A DNA stretch of 64,000 nucleotides, taken from the NCBI GenBank assembly GCA_973895155.1, contig OZ316895.1:16348170-16412169 (forward strand). Direction: 5' to 3'. A program made the position numbers and the translations under genes. Of the stretch, positions 13,701 to 27,803 are shown in pieces; position 1 is the stretch's first letter; the number at the start of each line of letters is the position of its first letter. The notes under the pieces are model-generated. The model did not search any database. It saw nothing but the letters and a program-made list of their open reading frames with translations, and was not told where the DNA came from. This stretch comes from Marsupella aquatica. Lineage: Eukaryota; Plantae; Marchantiophyta.

Positions 13701-16700
13701 TTATACAAGAAAGCCGATATGATGGCAAGGTATGGAGACCATGAAATACTTTTCCGAGTGATTCTCGATACCCTGACCTAGAGTTTACTGTGGTGTGCAT
13801 CTCACCCATTAGTGTATGTTTAAGACTTACAAATATGGTTCGGTAGTCTGCTGCAAATCATAGTTTGCTGCAAATTTTCAATTTGTGCTTTCGAAGTGTG
13901 GCAATAAAAGTAACAATACTTATTCTCTTGGCTCTTGTCCATTTAAATCCTATCATGTTTCTCAGAAGGGGATGACTTTCCCTGAGGGATGGAAAAGCAA
14001 TCGCTCTCTGTCACTAGAATCTTTCGCTGTTATAAGATTCTTGGACTCTCTTTGTGACATGCAGGTCGATGTCTGGGCCCTAGGAGTGTCTGCAATTGAG
14101 ATGGCAGAGGTGAGCTGAATGATGCGTCTTTTGAAAGCTGTTCCCTTTTTCTATGTGGGTACAGTAATGTTGCTCTGATTCAGATGCCAACACCAAGAAA
14201 GTATCTCATAAAGAGGCCTTTCGCATCAGCAATGTCCGTTGGTATAGCAGTACTTTCTGGATGCTAATTCAGGCTCGAATGCAAAGAATGTCAAAGCCGC
14301 TCTGGAGTGTCTATTCTCAATTGCTGTGGTGGCTTGTATTGTCAGACAGTCGGAAGAAAATCCCATGTGCAAAGGAGTAGCAGTGGGATTTGCCGTCTCC
14401 TTTGGATCCATTGTCCTGGTGTTTGCTTTGAACCTATGTGGCAGTCCAATTCTTAACAGTTTATGTATGGTGTTTGTGCAGGGACTTCCACCGCGGTCGA
14501 ATGTCCACCCTATGCGGGTAAGGTTCCACAGAAGCCATGAAAGGGTCCATTATTTCAATTTAACGACAAGTTTTGTCTTAAATTTCCTTTGCATGTCCAG
14601 TATTTTCAATGGACAAAGAATCCCTGGTGGTTGCTTATCTCGTTATGAAGAAAGAAGGTGATGAAAGTTACAGTTAGGTCAGATTTTCTCGTGGCCCTTG
14701 GCGGCGGTCGAAAACGCGATGGTTCTTCGTTGCCGTACACCAGTTCATACCTTGAGTGTACCATTTGTTCTTCCTTTGCAGGTGCTGTTCATGATTTCCA
14801 GAGAGCCTGCACCAATGCTGGAGGATAAGGAAAAGTGGTATGTCCTAGTTAATTGTTCATTTTCAGCATTTAATCTCCAATCTCCTTCTTCGTTAATCCA
14901 CTGGCTGATCATGGGTTGTTACTGCCGACATCTGTGACTGCTTCTAGTTATCAGGTTCCATGGAAGCGATTCATTGCCAGTTCCATAGGGTCGTCGCTCT
15001 TGAGGACATAGCAACCATTAATAGTTCTCCAGTTGGTTTGGAGTCACCAAGCATATCTAAAATCCTTACCGATGTTGATGTGATGAATACGCGAAGGTCA
15101 CTGGTATTTCACGACTTCGTAGCGAAGTGTCTTACTAAAGAGCCAAGAGTGCGACCGACAGCGACTGTGATGCTGGAAGTGAGTATTTCAATTGCTGCAC
15201 CCCTTCGGGTATTTTCTAATTAATATTGTAATTATTTTATTTTCAGTTACTCCTAGCTAACGGGCATTGGTTCAGAACGGGCCTGAGAATATGAGAACTC
15301 ATTGCTTCACGGTTATGCGGGTTGGTACGAAGGGGAAAAACTTTCAGACTGGTATTAAATAGGCTTTTCATAAACTAAATCAATAAGGGAAATATGAAAC
15401 ACTCTGCTATTGCAAGGAAAATTTATACAACTTCAAAGATTTTGACTCATCCACATGTTCATGCTTTGTTGTTTGATCTTCGTTTGTGCAGCATAAATTC
15501 ATCGAACGATGCAAGGGTTCAGCAAGGTCAATGTTGCCAAGAATTGAGAAGGCAAGGGTCGTCAAAGCCGAAATGGTATCTCAGGCCCTTGCCTACAATC
15601 AAGAACAAGGATCGGCTTCATCTGGTGGTGGGGTAAGTTATACATTCTCGGCCCACAAGTGAAGACTTGAAACGCTTCCCTCATCCAAAAGTTTGAGGTT
15701 ACCATGGAGTGGCTGGCTCTTTCTTGAAGTCTCACTGGTTGTTAAGGATATAAGGTCCTGGATTTCTTGTTTTGGTCTTTTATCCTCACTGACAATCCAT
15801 TCACGGTGGTTTATTTCAGCAATGGTCTTGGGAGAAAGGACAAACGGTGAAGATGCACGAGTCGTTTGGAGGAACCATGCTTGTTAGACCTGATGCAGAT
15901 ACCCTCCGAACTGCTGTCTCTCGAGATTCATCTGAGCAAGGAGGTAAAGGAGACATCTTTCCCTGCTCTGTCAAGTCAGTAGGTTTTCCTTGACTGGATT
16001 CCGCTGTGGCTATATAAGGGAGAGATATATAAGTGCCTTAGCGTCTGAAGCTGAATGCCAGAATCTTCATCTTTCTGTTTTTCTAGTGGCTAATTTGTAC
16101 AAGTTTTTGTTTTTCTCAGTAAATTAAGTGACCTGTTTTTGATTGTCAGCTGAAATTGGTGTGGGTTACCTCTCTCGTTTACAGATGGTGAGTTTGGAAC
16201 CATCGTAGTGCATGAAACTAGCTCCAACTTGTTGAATAAGGCCCGAGAACTATATGGTGGAAATGATTTACGCACATCGGAATCAAATGACGGCATTCAA
16301 GCCCCAAGCGACGATATTAGTCCGGAACTGTCTCCCATTGAGACCCCTGAGGAAAGGTGAGGTTCTAATGAAATCTGCATTTGCTTGTAGTCAGCCCGCT
16401 GCTTCGTCTACTTTAATTGTCTTGTCTGGTGATGACATTTCGAAGGGAACACTCGTTTGGTTGCTTCAGTATTCCTCACTTATGTTTGGTTGCATCAGTA
16501 TTGGGTTCCAGTCAACAATAAGAAGCCGAGCATCCACCATTGGAGGGAGTCTTCGTTTAAATCAGCCTGATCCAGGCTTGCATTCTTCATCTGCTTCACC
16601 GTTACAGTCCTCCGTGCACACAATGAAACGAAGCCCGGGAGATGGAGCAACTGGGACACAAGCAACTGCTGCAGGAACGCCCAAAGGCTCAGCGACTATC

Positions 16701-17994
16701 ACTAGGCAGTTTTCTTTGCAGGATAAGGTGAGAAATTCTGACACACTGACCTCCATCCTTAGAGTGCAGCAAGGCAGGCTTTTTGGATGATCAAGTTCTG
16801 CTGAAAATCCATTTGGTAGGTTTCTTTGTTTTCTTAGCTCTCTCAGGTTATGGCCAAATCGGGATGCTTTGGGGATTTCTAGACGTTAGTCAGATCGATT
16901 CTTGGAGAACCATGTCATTCTTAGCCTTTGATAGTCACGTCACAAATCAGTACTTCGGATGGATTGGGCATCATCATTACTTACATACCTTCTTTTGCAT
17001 TCCGTGCAGTTGCTCTCAGTTTATGCTGCAGGGAATACGGTTCCTATACCCTTTCTGAAAGCATCTGACATATCACCAATCGCACTTATATCAGACAATC
17101 TATATGGATGTGGCCAGCCAGATCATAGTGGGGTAGTTGCATTAGAAACCATCCAGGAACTATATAATGGAGGTGGTCTTGGAGATGGCCTACAACGAAG
17201 AGGACGGAAGCCTGCTGGCAATGAGGTACCTCCTGCTGACCTTCAAGCCGTGGTTTGCGTACTCAGTGTGGACGAGATGACGGTTCATTTCTCTTCACAT
17301 TGCCTCTTCGTAATTTGCCACACTTTAGAGATCACATTCTCGGCAGTCAGATGCTTCATGCGGATATCTTTTTGGCAAGATGTAGTGCAGACTTTCTTCA
17401 CCCATATCGCTTTCTCAGCATCTGAAGCCGCTGATGATTTGTTGAAATGACTATCACTTGTGACCCTACTTTTAATTTATTTTCTTGTAATAATATGCTG
17501 GTACAGATGCCACTTCCTCCCAGTGTCTATCAACGATTGGCCACAAGCACAACACTTCCAAATCTGGCCCGGGCATTGGCATATCATAAACTGTAAACAT
17601 CTCTATACTGAACTCAATACGGAGAAAATCTTGTGACCTTGTAGGCAGTTATTTTGATTGTACAAGAAAATCTTGTGACCTTGATCTCTTTGATTGTGTC
17701 TGGAAGTCTATGTCAACTTGAATTCTAGGTCAACCTGGTGTCCAGTTGTTGTGGCTGTCCTCTATACTTCTGTGTATAAATCTTTTATTCTTAGATCCAC
17801 ATTATCATGTCTGGATTCCAGTATGAAGTTGTCTCAAGTACTAACATTTGTCTTCCACAGTCATGGCTGACTGGATTTTCTGGTGGGTAAGCAGTTGTTT
17901 TGAGGAAGTTCCGCTTCAAGGATGGCAGGTGGCTCAGCAGCAACAGATAATTCACAGTCTTTCTGATACACTTAGAACAATACTTCGTCTTTAA
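10789..17994 (+). CDS. SIK1: STE20-family (MAP4K/GCK-type) Ser/Thr kinase, SIK1-like; 18 exons
   Basis: GT-AG exons: 10789-11266, 11513-11601, 11877-11984, 12391-12498, 12998-13088, 13442-13494, 13667-13729, 14065-14109, 14482-14517, 14782-14837, 15097-15178, 15492-15632, 15820-15943, 16185-16356, 16499-16727, 17010-17225, 17507-17592, 17895-17994. Kinase motifs [31 protein letters not shown]-terminus [12 protein letters not shown] ... LARALAYHK ... [11 protein letters not shown] matches plant SIK1 as recalled. Confidence 0.93.
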
Positions 17995-20223
17995 TCTCAG
18001 TGTTTTGATAGCATTGAGATCAGATAGTTTGCCTTGCCTAGCGAGAGATGACAGTATGGGCATTATTGTCTATAGTGTGTGAATATTGAAAGACGTGCGT
18101 GTACAGACGATTTGAGGACATATAAGGAGCGATATATGGAGGAAAGTTCAATCCCGCTGCCCCACTATTTTTTGGAGGCAATTGCTTAGTTAGAATGTAG
18201 TGTGAGCTTGTAATAGAGCCACAGTTTTGCATATCAATGGGCGAAATCTTGCCATTTGAAATGTCTTACTTCAGCATCTTCGTTACTTAGCTTTCGCTCA
18301 GCGGGATACATCGAGTACATCTCGGCAACGTGATCTCCGTCTTTGATCACAACCCACTTTCGAAATGCTGCAGCATTGATTGCATCCCTGCCTGATAAGT
18401 GTCATTGATGAATTACCTCAGTGAAAATTTTCCGCATCCCATAGGAGATGCCTTTAAATGTCCTTATTGGCGTTTTCTTTATAAATACCGCAATACCCGT
18501 CTGTTGCACAGTTGTCAACGTGACTGTTGTTGCTACCGGGTTTTGTGGAAGTGTCGTTGGCGCATGCATGTTTTAAAACAGAATGGGTTGTCATTGTAAA
18601 GGTGTTGTTACTGTGAAAGATATTCAAATGTAGAGGGGGGTAAGGCCAAGCTACAAGATCGGCAATGGCAAACAAAGTTCAAATGCTGTTGCAGTGGTGG
18701 GTGTGCAAAGGACGTGGAGGTTCAGTGCGGTCGTGTTGCATGAAGGCCACGTTGTGAAATTAAAAGATTGCACCTGGAAAGGACACCAAACTGGGCAAAA
18801 GGAAAAAAATGCATGAGTGGCTGGTGGGGAGGAGAGGAAGACGTACAGACGAGGAGGGCTGAAAGAAAAGACAGGAGCTGCACGGATGGGGAGTGGAGTG
18901 AGAAGTTGGAAATATGGGGATGGAGTATGATTAAGTATGGCTCCCCTTGCCACTAATTCTTCTCAGGCCACCTCCAGGCCAAGAAAAATATAGCCAAGGA
19001 AGGAGCCAGACAGCAAAGGCCTCTCTAGGTGGTGACCCCAGGCCTGTTGGTGGTCAGGTGGGTGGCGCTGTGTTTCTTGTCCACCTGGTTCACTTGGTGG
19101 ATGGAGAGCCGTGTGGATGGGGAGTGCTCATTAATATATTTGGTGTGAAACTGTACTGTTAACTCTCATACCTTGTACCCGGCCCATCCTTGCCATTAAT
19201 TGGACTGGCCCCCTTGGGACACGTGTGGGCATACCTGCCCTCTCCTTGTGTAGGTAGTTGGCCTGTAAAAATAGTTGCCTCCCCATGTGTTGAGCCCTGT
19301 ATGAAGATCCAATAGCCAGGAAAAAACATGACTTAAATCGTAGGGTTTGGAAAGGGTAGTGACTCAAAATCTAACTCATAAATTGCAGTCAAAAGCTATC
19401 CCTGGGCCTCCTGTCTAGAGTGGAATCTCTAGACAGTGACTCTACTAGAGGGTGGCATAACTGAAAGTGAGGGTGCTGACCAAAAAACCAGGATGGGGCA
19501 AAGATGAACAGAAAATAGCATAGAATTCTTTTTTCTAAAAGGCTTTTTAGTCTCTTCATCTTTATTTATGTTCAAGGAATGGGTAGTCAGACTAATTTTT
19601 AGTTTTTGTAAAAGGCGTGATTGACTATCACAGTAGTGGCAAGAGATAGTAGAGATTCTTTACTTCAAGGAGAATGCAGGATTAAGTATCACAATATTGG
19701 AGAGAGATAGTAGAGATTCTTTACTTTAAAGAGATACCAACTTATCCCTTTGACCTAGTATGAACAACTGTCTTGGTTGAACGTGCTTAAGATTTATCGT
19801 TTTGAAGATCTATGTGGATTGCTCTAAAATCTATGTGAATTTCTTGGAAATTGAGTTTGTTACCCGTATAATCATACAAAATGAGGGGAAACGTGACAAA
19901 ACAAATAGTCTTAGGGACAGGTTACGAAATTGGTTTAGTAACAAACAGTTTGGGATAAAGGCTCATTGTTTGGGTTCTTCCCCAGTTTTCTTTATCCTTG
20001 AGTGTTTGACTGAACGAAGTGATATAACAGTAGTGGGACCCAAGAACTCTAACCTATATGGTCACTACATATGGAAAGACAGTCAAGCAATAGAAGATAT
20101 TCAGCAGACAGTTCATGGAGTCTTTACTACCAAAGAACTCTTTGATCACAAATTTTATACAAGTGTTTAGCGTTGTCAAAGACAGGGAGAGGGGGTACTA
20201 CAACCTTCACATCTATTAAGGCG

Positions 20224-20490
20224 TATCTACACTAATTCATGTATGCTAGGGTCAAGGATTTACCGCTATTAGGGCTTATCTACACTAATTCATGCATGCT
20301 AGGATCAAGGATTTACCACTGTGAGGTTTTATTGGCTAATCTAGACTAATTCATGCATGCTAGGGGCAAGGATTTACAGCAGTTAGTGCATATCTACACT
20401 AATACACTAATCTACACTAGTTTATGAGTGCTAGGGACAAGGATTTACAGCTATTAGTGCTTATCTACACTTATTTATGCATGCCAGGGC
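20224..20490. repeat. ~55-bp tandem repeat, about 5 copies
   Basis: ATCTACACTAATTCATGCATGCTAGGG.CAAGGATTTAC recurs. Confidence 0.85.
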
Positions 20491-22214
20491 CAAAAGTTAC
20501 CCACCTTTCCAATCTGGTGGGGCAGGCGGTGGAAGAAATCAGGTGTTGCCCGAACTTGCATTGTCCAAGCTATTGTTTCAGATGTCATGCTTGTGAAACT
20601 TAGGTGTTGTGATTGTCTATGAAGACCGTGCTGTACAATTGTGCCATGGCATGAAAAACACGAGACGAATTCAATGGCCACTTAATTCTTCTCAAACAAT
20701 CGCATCTAATACCTTCCACTGGGAGGAACCACAAATCATGAGTGTGTACACATCTTCCCATGAAATCAAGATGAAATTTAGAATGCAAAGTTGATCTCCA
20801 AACAGAAACCTACCGAAGACCCACAGTGACAATGAACGACAAAATAATTCCAATGCAAGACCCTCCTTCCCATCAGGAAAATAAAATAATTCCCAATACC
20901 ATCCAGCTCTGAAGGAAGGCCACTGTTAGCAACAGAGTCACGCAACGAAATACGTGGACAAAACAAAAAGTGAATGTAGTATCTCGTTCAACAATACGAC
21001 CCAGAAATCACATCACAATCTTTAACCAGTTCCTTGGTCAGATAAAAAGATAGCAACACATTCTGACAACATAAATGCGCAATATTCTCAAAGGATCACT
21101 CACATCTTTAACAGAAAAAGATCCCAAGCCAAGTGAAATTTTGCATGTCCACTTAGGTACATAGTAATATCCAGGGTCTCCAGAACAGAGCCTCAATTCC
21201 AGAATTACTCCCCGCCAGAACACAGTAATATCCAGGGTCTACAGAATAGACTCAGTTCCACAATGATTCCCTGCCAGAAGTGCTAGATAGTCCCACAAAC
21301 TGCAAAGTCCAACGAACTATATGGGCTCTCAAGACACCTGAGACTGCTACAAGACCCCACCACTTTCCAGAGTTACTCTACAATCTGCAGTACCTGCTTC
21401 GAATTACTCCACTACCACCAAGGGGTCTCAAGATGAAAATTTCTTCCCAATAGAAGACCTTGACAACGCATGTAGACGATAGGATTACATAATTGTCTTT
21501 TCTAATAAGAGAATAGGCACTTACTGTCTTCTGTAGGGGCGCAACTCGACAATTCAAAAGTTGGAAACAGTCAGGTCCATGCCGATGAACCTAACTGGGT
21601 GATATAAGTATGATTGACAACTTAAACACAATTCTTATGGGGAGGAGCACAAATTCTGACTCGAGAAGAAAGCAGCAGCTGCTGTATAAACTCTCTTCAG
21701 ACATAGAAGCTAAGTAGCATTCGTGTTTCGAGAAGGTCAGAATGCATATCTAGCGTCTGAGTACCTCGCACTGTGCATTGATTGGCACCTAATTCAACTC
21801 CCTGTTCCGATCGACATTTACGAAGGCTGCTTCAAGTATAATGTAACTGGTAATACAAATCATTGTAGCTGACTATCGATCGCATCGTTGAAAGACAAAG
21901 CTCGGGACAGTTTGGACTGAAGTCTTGCACAAATGATAAGTTTCACTGGTGTATGAAACAATCACAGCGAACTGCGGCCCTGTTCATGTGCAAGTAATCT
22001 TCTTGGTGGCGGAGTGAACACAAGTGATGCAGCAACGGCGTCGTGGGAGTGAGGCGTCGCGAGCAGAGGCTCGGATTCGAGACTCTTCTCTCGCTTGAGC
22101 TCTCCCAAACACAGGTAATGATACTGGTCTCCACGATCGAAAATTTAGGATGAGAAACGATCAAAACTCCGTCAGGAACAAACCCTCGTCGCCAAAATTC
22201 AGTAAATTCCGTCA

Positions 22215-23123
22215 CTAGGCCGATTGTTTCCTCTTCTTGACAACACCGTGGTTTTCTGGAATCGACTCACTAGATTCACAGGGTCCACTAACTTGTACCG
22301 ACGTCTGAGGGGGATCAACGCTCAACAAGTCTACTTCCTGCTTGGGAGATATCAATGCTACGGAAGCACCACCAACCCGAGGGCAATTCATCAATCCCCC
22401 GCCATCAAGTTCCTCATCCCCAATCCCTTCAGTTCGTCTGAAGAATGACTCCGCATCCTCATCCGTGAACTCGTCCAGACCGACAGCCGCTAATTCCTCC
22501 GTGATCGACGAAGTTGACTCCCATGACCCCGCCCGGACGAAAAAAGAAGCAGCGTCCTCTCCTTCTCGCACCTTCAAATCCAAATCCACCTCCATCTTCA
22601 CTGGCTTCTTAGCATCAATAGCAGGCTCCAGCTTCAGGGCTTGTCTCAATCTGTTGACCATCTGTTCATCCTTGATCCCATTGGAGCGGGCTAAATACGA
22701 TACGAAGTCTTCATCTGGTCTAGGAGACACGTCGTCAACAAGTCTGGACAGCCGCTCCTGGTTTAAACCACCTTCCCTGGCAAGGAATGAATGGAAGTCC
22801 TCATAAGCGTACAGCTTTGACGTTTTCCAAGGAATTCCGTCCACTACTGCATTGTCGGATCCTACCACTTTCAAGACATTCTTGGTCGCTTCCTGGGACT
22901 TCAGGGGTTTCATAGGTTTCACCTTCTCGAATGCATCTGTTATAAAGGCCTCGGTGGTCTCAAATCCATCATCCTTATCTTTATCTTCGGTCACTACCGC
23001 CTCATAAACCTTTTTCTTCGGTGTCACTTTAGGGCTATGGTTGAAAAGGTCATCGAGCGGCTCAAATTTCAGATGCAACGGGAATTCATTCCACAAATCA
23101 ACGATGTCTTCCGGGATTGCCAT
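22215..23123 (-). CDS. hypothetical acidic protein (302 aa from the ATG) with a 4x internal motif and a C-terminal basic NLS-like patch
   Basis: Long stop-free ORF with protein-like composition, ending VVKKRKQSA*. A CT/GA-rich promoter/UTR-like tract lies at 24240-24480. The true start could be in an upstream exon. Confidence 0.7.
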   Translation of the reverse strand: MAIPEDIVDLWNEFPLHLKFEPLDDLFNHSPKVTPKKKVYEAVVTEDKDKDDGFETTEAFITDAFEKVKPMKPLKSQEATKNVLKVVGSDNAVVDGIPWKTSKLYAYEDFHSFLAREGGLNQERLSRLVDDVSPRPDEDFVSYLARSNGIKDEQMVNRLRQALKLEPAIDAKKPVKMEVDLDLKVREGEDAASFFVRAGSWESTSSITEELAAVGLDEFTDEDAESFFRRTEGIGDEELDGGGLMNCPRVGGASVALISPKQEVDLLSVDPPQTSVQVSGPCESSESIPENHGVVKKRKQSA

Positions 23124-24709
23124 TCTCAGCGGTAGCGGAGGAGGTTCGTGAAACACAGACTACTCAGATACCAAACCAGCCGACTGTTCCGTTGAGCAAG
23201 GAGATGCGATGGCGCGATTTCACGCAGTAGTTAACTTCCTTCCAAACTCAGGATGCGTATCTGAAAACAGGTTCAATGCTCAGAGTAGTCACTACGAAAG
23301 CATAGATGACACATCGCATGCTCTCCGAAAAGAAACACATGCTCTCTGCTCACGCTGGTGGTCCAGTACTCTGACAAAATGTAATGGCGACGCGACAGGT
23401 CAGGTAAAGAGTAACGGTCAAGGCAGGTCTCATCTCAAGGTCATTCGGGGAGGAAAGGAGGAAAGGAGGTCGACGACCAACTGATCCCCGGTGACGTCAC
23501 TAGCCAAGTGGACATCCGAATTGCTTTTTTCACTGCAACTAGAATTGTGAAAGGGAGTGGAAGACCACTCCTTACAAAGAGCCGGCCAAAAGCAAAAACT
23601 TCAAACACATTCCACAGGTTCAAATCCGTACCAATAAACCGAACTTTTCACTCACAAACACATGCAGAGAAAGTAGACACAAAATAAAGCCTGCCATCTA
23701 CAAGACAGAGAAGATACAACAATTAAACGAAGAGCACGACAACATGAATCCACAAAACGGAAAAGACGAGGAAGCAAGGCGCTCCGAGATGTATCACCAA
23801 GTGCGCGAGGTTTCCACCGACAAAACTCGTTTCAAAATGCTCCAGCACACCTATCCATGCAATATCACAACCACAGAAATCACAGGTCTGCCTCTCACCC
23901 GCCGAAGCAGTTCAATAACAAATACACTTCTCGCGATCCCTCCTTTCCCCAGTCCCCCTCCCTCCGAGCTCCAAAATCACCAAACTAATCACCGACTGAC
24001 GGCAGATTTCTACTTTCTCCTCTCTTCCACTCTCAGTTTACAAAGAGATGACTGTACATGAATCGATTTATTCCGTCACATAGGGGAACAACCTCATGCC
24101 GAGCTCCAAAATCCCGAACCTAATCACTGACTGACAGCAGATTTCCACTTTCTATGTTCTTCCTCTCTCCGTTTGCGCAGAGATGACGGTACTTGTATCG
24201 ATGTGTTCGTCACCCACTCCCGGACCCACATCGCTCTTCTGCCCTCCCCTCCATTCCACTCCACCTCTTTTCGTCTCTTTTCTTCTCTTCTCTTCTCTTC
24301 TCTTCTCTCGTCTCCGATCCCCGGGAGGGCTTCACATCCACAAACGCACTCGAGTGCAAATCACTCACTCTCCTTCCTTCAGGAGGAGAGAGCGCAGAAT
24401 GGTCGATTTCTGAATCGTGGCTCTCTCTTTCTCCACTTCACGTTCTGTCTGTTCTGTTCTGTTCTGTTCTGTTCTGCTGGTCAAAAAGGGCAAAAAGGTC
24501 GTAACACGGTAACAGAGACGGCGCACTTTTCCCCTCCAGTTTTTTTTTCTTTGAGGGGCCCTAATTCCACCTCACTGAAAAGTCTGGTGTTTGTCTGGCT
24601 GGAATATGACGGCCATCTTTTTCTCTTTTTTTTTAATTTTTAGGGGACATGTCGAAACTCCATAGAAAGGGAACAGACAATCACAACATTTGAATTAAAG
24701 ACTTGTCTC

Positions 24710-25256
24710 AACTCAAGTGAGCTATCACTCACCCATGTCTCTCTAGGTTTCTGATTGCCATTGTTAAACTCTAGGGAACTACCACTCAGCCATGTCTCTC
24801 TAGGCTTCTGATTGCCATTGTTAATCTCAAGTGAGCTACCACTAGGCCGTCTCTCTAGGATTCTGATTGCCATTGTTAAACTCAAGTGAATTACCACAGA
24901 CTACCACTCAGCCATGTCTCTCTAGGCTTCTGATTGTCATTGTTAAACTCAAGTGAACTACCACTGAGCCATGTCTCTCTATGTTAATCTCAAGTGAGCT
25001 ACCACTCACCCATGTCTCTCTAGGCTTCTGATTGTCATTGTTAAACTCAAGTGAACTACCACTCAGCCATGTCTCTCTAGGTTTCTGATTGTCATTGTTA
25101 TACTCAAGTGAGCTTCCACTCAGCCATGTCTCTCTATGTTAATCTCAAGTGAGCTACCACTCACCCATGTGTCTCTAGGCTTCTGATTGTCATTGTTAAA
25201 CTCAAGTGACCTACCACTCAGCCATGTCTCTCTAGGCTTCTACTTGCCATTGTTAA
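24710..25256. repeat. 57-bp minisatellite with two internally deleted variants, about 10 units
   Basis: Unit AACTCAAGTGARCTACCACTCAGCCATGTCTCTCTAGGCTTCTGATTGYCATTGTTA. Confidence 0.95.
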
Positions 25257-27803
25257 ATCTAGGGTTACCTAATGGTTGGAAATGATTCTATATAAAGAAA
25301 TGTATTCCCAAAATGAAAAGTGTTATTTGATTGGACCTGAGTGAACCTTGAATCAATTGTGCCCAAAATCTCAAAGGTACTAGCAAGTAATACTTTTCAT
25401 ATTGGGGTCCTATCCAGCAAAAACCTTTAGGTGCTGGGCATAAGAGGGCAACAAGGTTCTAATGTCAACAGGTGGCGCACTTTTGCCATGTCACGGCCCT
25501 GGTCTTGACCACTTTTTCTTTTAGGCAAAAAATTAACCTAACTCCACCTCACTAAAAGTCTGGTGTTTTGTCGTGGACTGGCAGGAATCTGACCGCTATG
25601 GTTCAATCAAGCAATATCCAATGATAAAAAATTAGCCTAGACAACGAGAAAATACCGTACTGTGGACAATATCAGGTGGCACACTTTTCCCATGTCACGC
25701 CCCTCATCCAGTTTTTCTTTTAGTGCCAAGTGTTACCCACATTCCACCTCACTGAAAAAAGTCTCCTGTTTGTCTTGGATTAGTGAGAATCTGGCGGATA
25801 TCCTTAAATTGGGCCATATCTGATGGTCAAAAACTAGTATTTGAATTTTAATGTTCCTTAATAAGGTGAATCATTTGTATTAATTTGATTTGTACTAATA
25901 ATCATTGATCTTCTCTAATCTACTGAGCATCTTCTCTTCACATAAGAACGGCAAAAAGGTCCATGTAGACAAGAAAAGGTGGCGCACATTTTCCATGTCA
26001 CGCTCTCTGACTTTTTTTAGTGGCAAAAATTAGTTAGATTCCACCTCTCTCAGAAGTATTAACCACCTTGGGCAAAAGTGGATATCTTTTGTTGTCTTCC
26101 GAGTCAGATTCCCACCTGACCACACACCCTATTACTAACCAGACACCCCATTACTGGGATTCTGATGGTTATCCTTAAATCTAGGGAGATCTGATGAGAG
26201 AAATTAAATAAGGGAAATTAGTAACATTAGCCAGAATCTGACTGCTATCTCTAAATCTAGGAATATCTAATGATAAAAAATTAGATAAAGACCATGCTGA
26301 GCATCGTCTCTTGTCATAAGAAGAGAGAAAAGGCACTCTAGTGATGTAGCAATATCAGGCGGCACACTTTTTCCATGTCATGCCTCTCCTCCATCTTTTT
26401 ATGGCCACAAACCCCATTAGTCACAATCTGAAAATTATCCTAAAATCTAGGGAAATCTGGTGTCACAAATTAATGTAGGGAACTTAGATAAGTAATGTTC
26501 CTAGTATCTTTTACTTAACACAAAGTGACACTTGCCACGGACAAAAACCTTTAAAATTGGTGCCACTGATAAGTCTTAGTCTTCACACTTTTGGCAAAAA
26601 TTTGCTCCGTTCTTTGCCTTGAATAAGGCAGGCATAAGCTAGTTTCCCCACCTAACCACAGACCCAACTAACCAGAATAAGAAATGTATCCTTCAATGTA
26701 TGAATTTTTAACGGACAGCTATTCTTTTTGTAAAAAGATAAAAAAATATGCTGTGGGTGAAGTCCTTTAGAACGGAATTCCCCCTTGGCTAGAAAAAACA
26801 CCTTTAAAATAACCCTCGCCTCCTCGTCATGCTCTGTCCACTACGCTACTCCATTCTGATTCAAAATAAACAGCTTTCAGACATAATTATGCATGCTTCC
26901 ACCCTAACTAGTGTCTCATGTCCTAACCGGGCTTAGTAGCACCCTAACTAGTGCCTATTTGAGGGGGTCATTGTAGCGTGTGAGGGAACAGTAGAATTTT
27001 TTTTTGCATGAGCAAAAATTTTCCTCACATGACCCCTAATTATCTACATGCAATTGCCTCGCTAACAGGAACCTTGTTGATAACATCCATTTTGGGGACT
27101 CCTCTTTTTGCTAGCTATCTTGCTAGTCATCAAAACACACACAAAAAATAGAAAAGCAGCAAAAATCAAAAGAAATATAAAACCATAAGTGTCTCGCTAA
27201 CAATTATACTCCCCTCGCTAACAAAATTCCCGTTTGCTTGCATTATAGAATACCTCTATTTGAGGAGGTAGGTAGCGTGGTATGCCCAAATGCAAACCAG
27301 GCTCTTGAGTATACTAAAACGGTGACTCATCATGCTTGATGTAATGTTTACAATAAGGAAGTAGAGTAAAGAGTTGGAGATGCTCTAAGACAATTGTACA
27401 CTTTAAAAAGTCTATTTCCACACAATGAATTTGGGTATCCCATCTTTAAAGGTTTAATTTGGAGATCCTACCCGAGATCCTACCTGAGCTTATGAGTTAA
27501 TTATAATGAAATGGATGATGTAGATAGAAAAAGACCATTTTCACCCAAAGAATATCATCTTCAATAAAAAAAATTGGATAAAAACTCCGTTAGCTTATGA
27601 CTCATGTATCAGATTTAAGAAAAAGCAGTCCTACCAGATCTAGAGGGGTGGCTTCACAAGTCACGGGCATTTGTGACTTTTTTTAACCAAAGCAAACTGG
27701 AGTGCCACTTCTTATTCCAATTAGTTCGAGGACTCCTTGGTTATGTAAGCTTGTTGCACATTGGAATATATAGATAAGAGTACAAAGATTAAATGAAAGA
27801 TAT

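Noticed and set aside
19802-20170. 122-aa ORF
   Set aside because: Non-ATG start, no recognisable motif or splice context.
22342-22806. 154-aa Ser-rich plus-strand ORF
   Set aside because: Antisense shadow of the acidic minus-strand ORF.
24710-25256. CRISPR-like regular array
   Set aside because: Units are contiguous with no unique spacers, no cas genes, eukaryotic context: a minisatellite.
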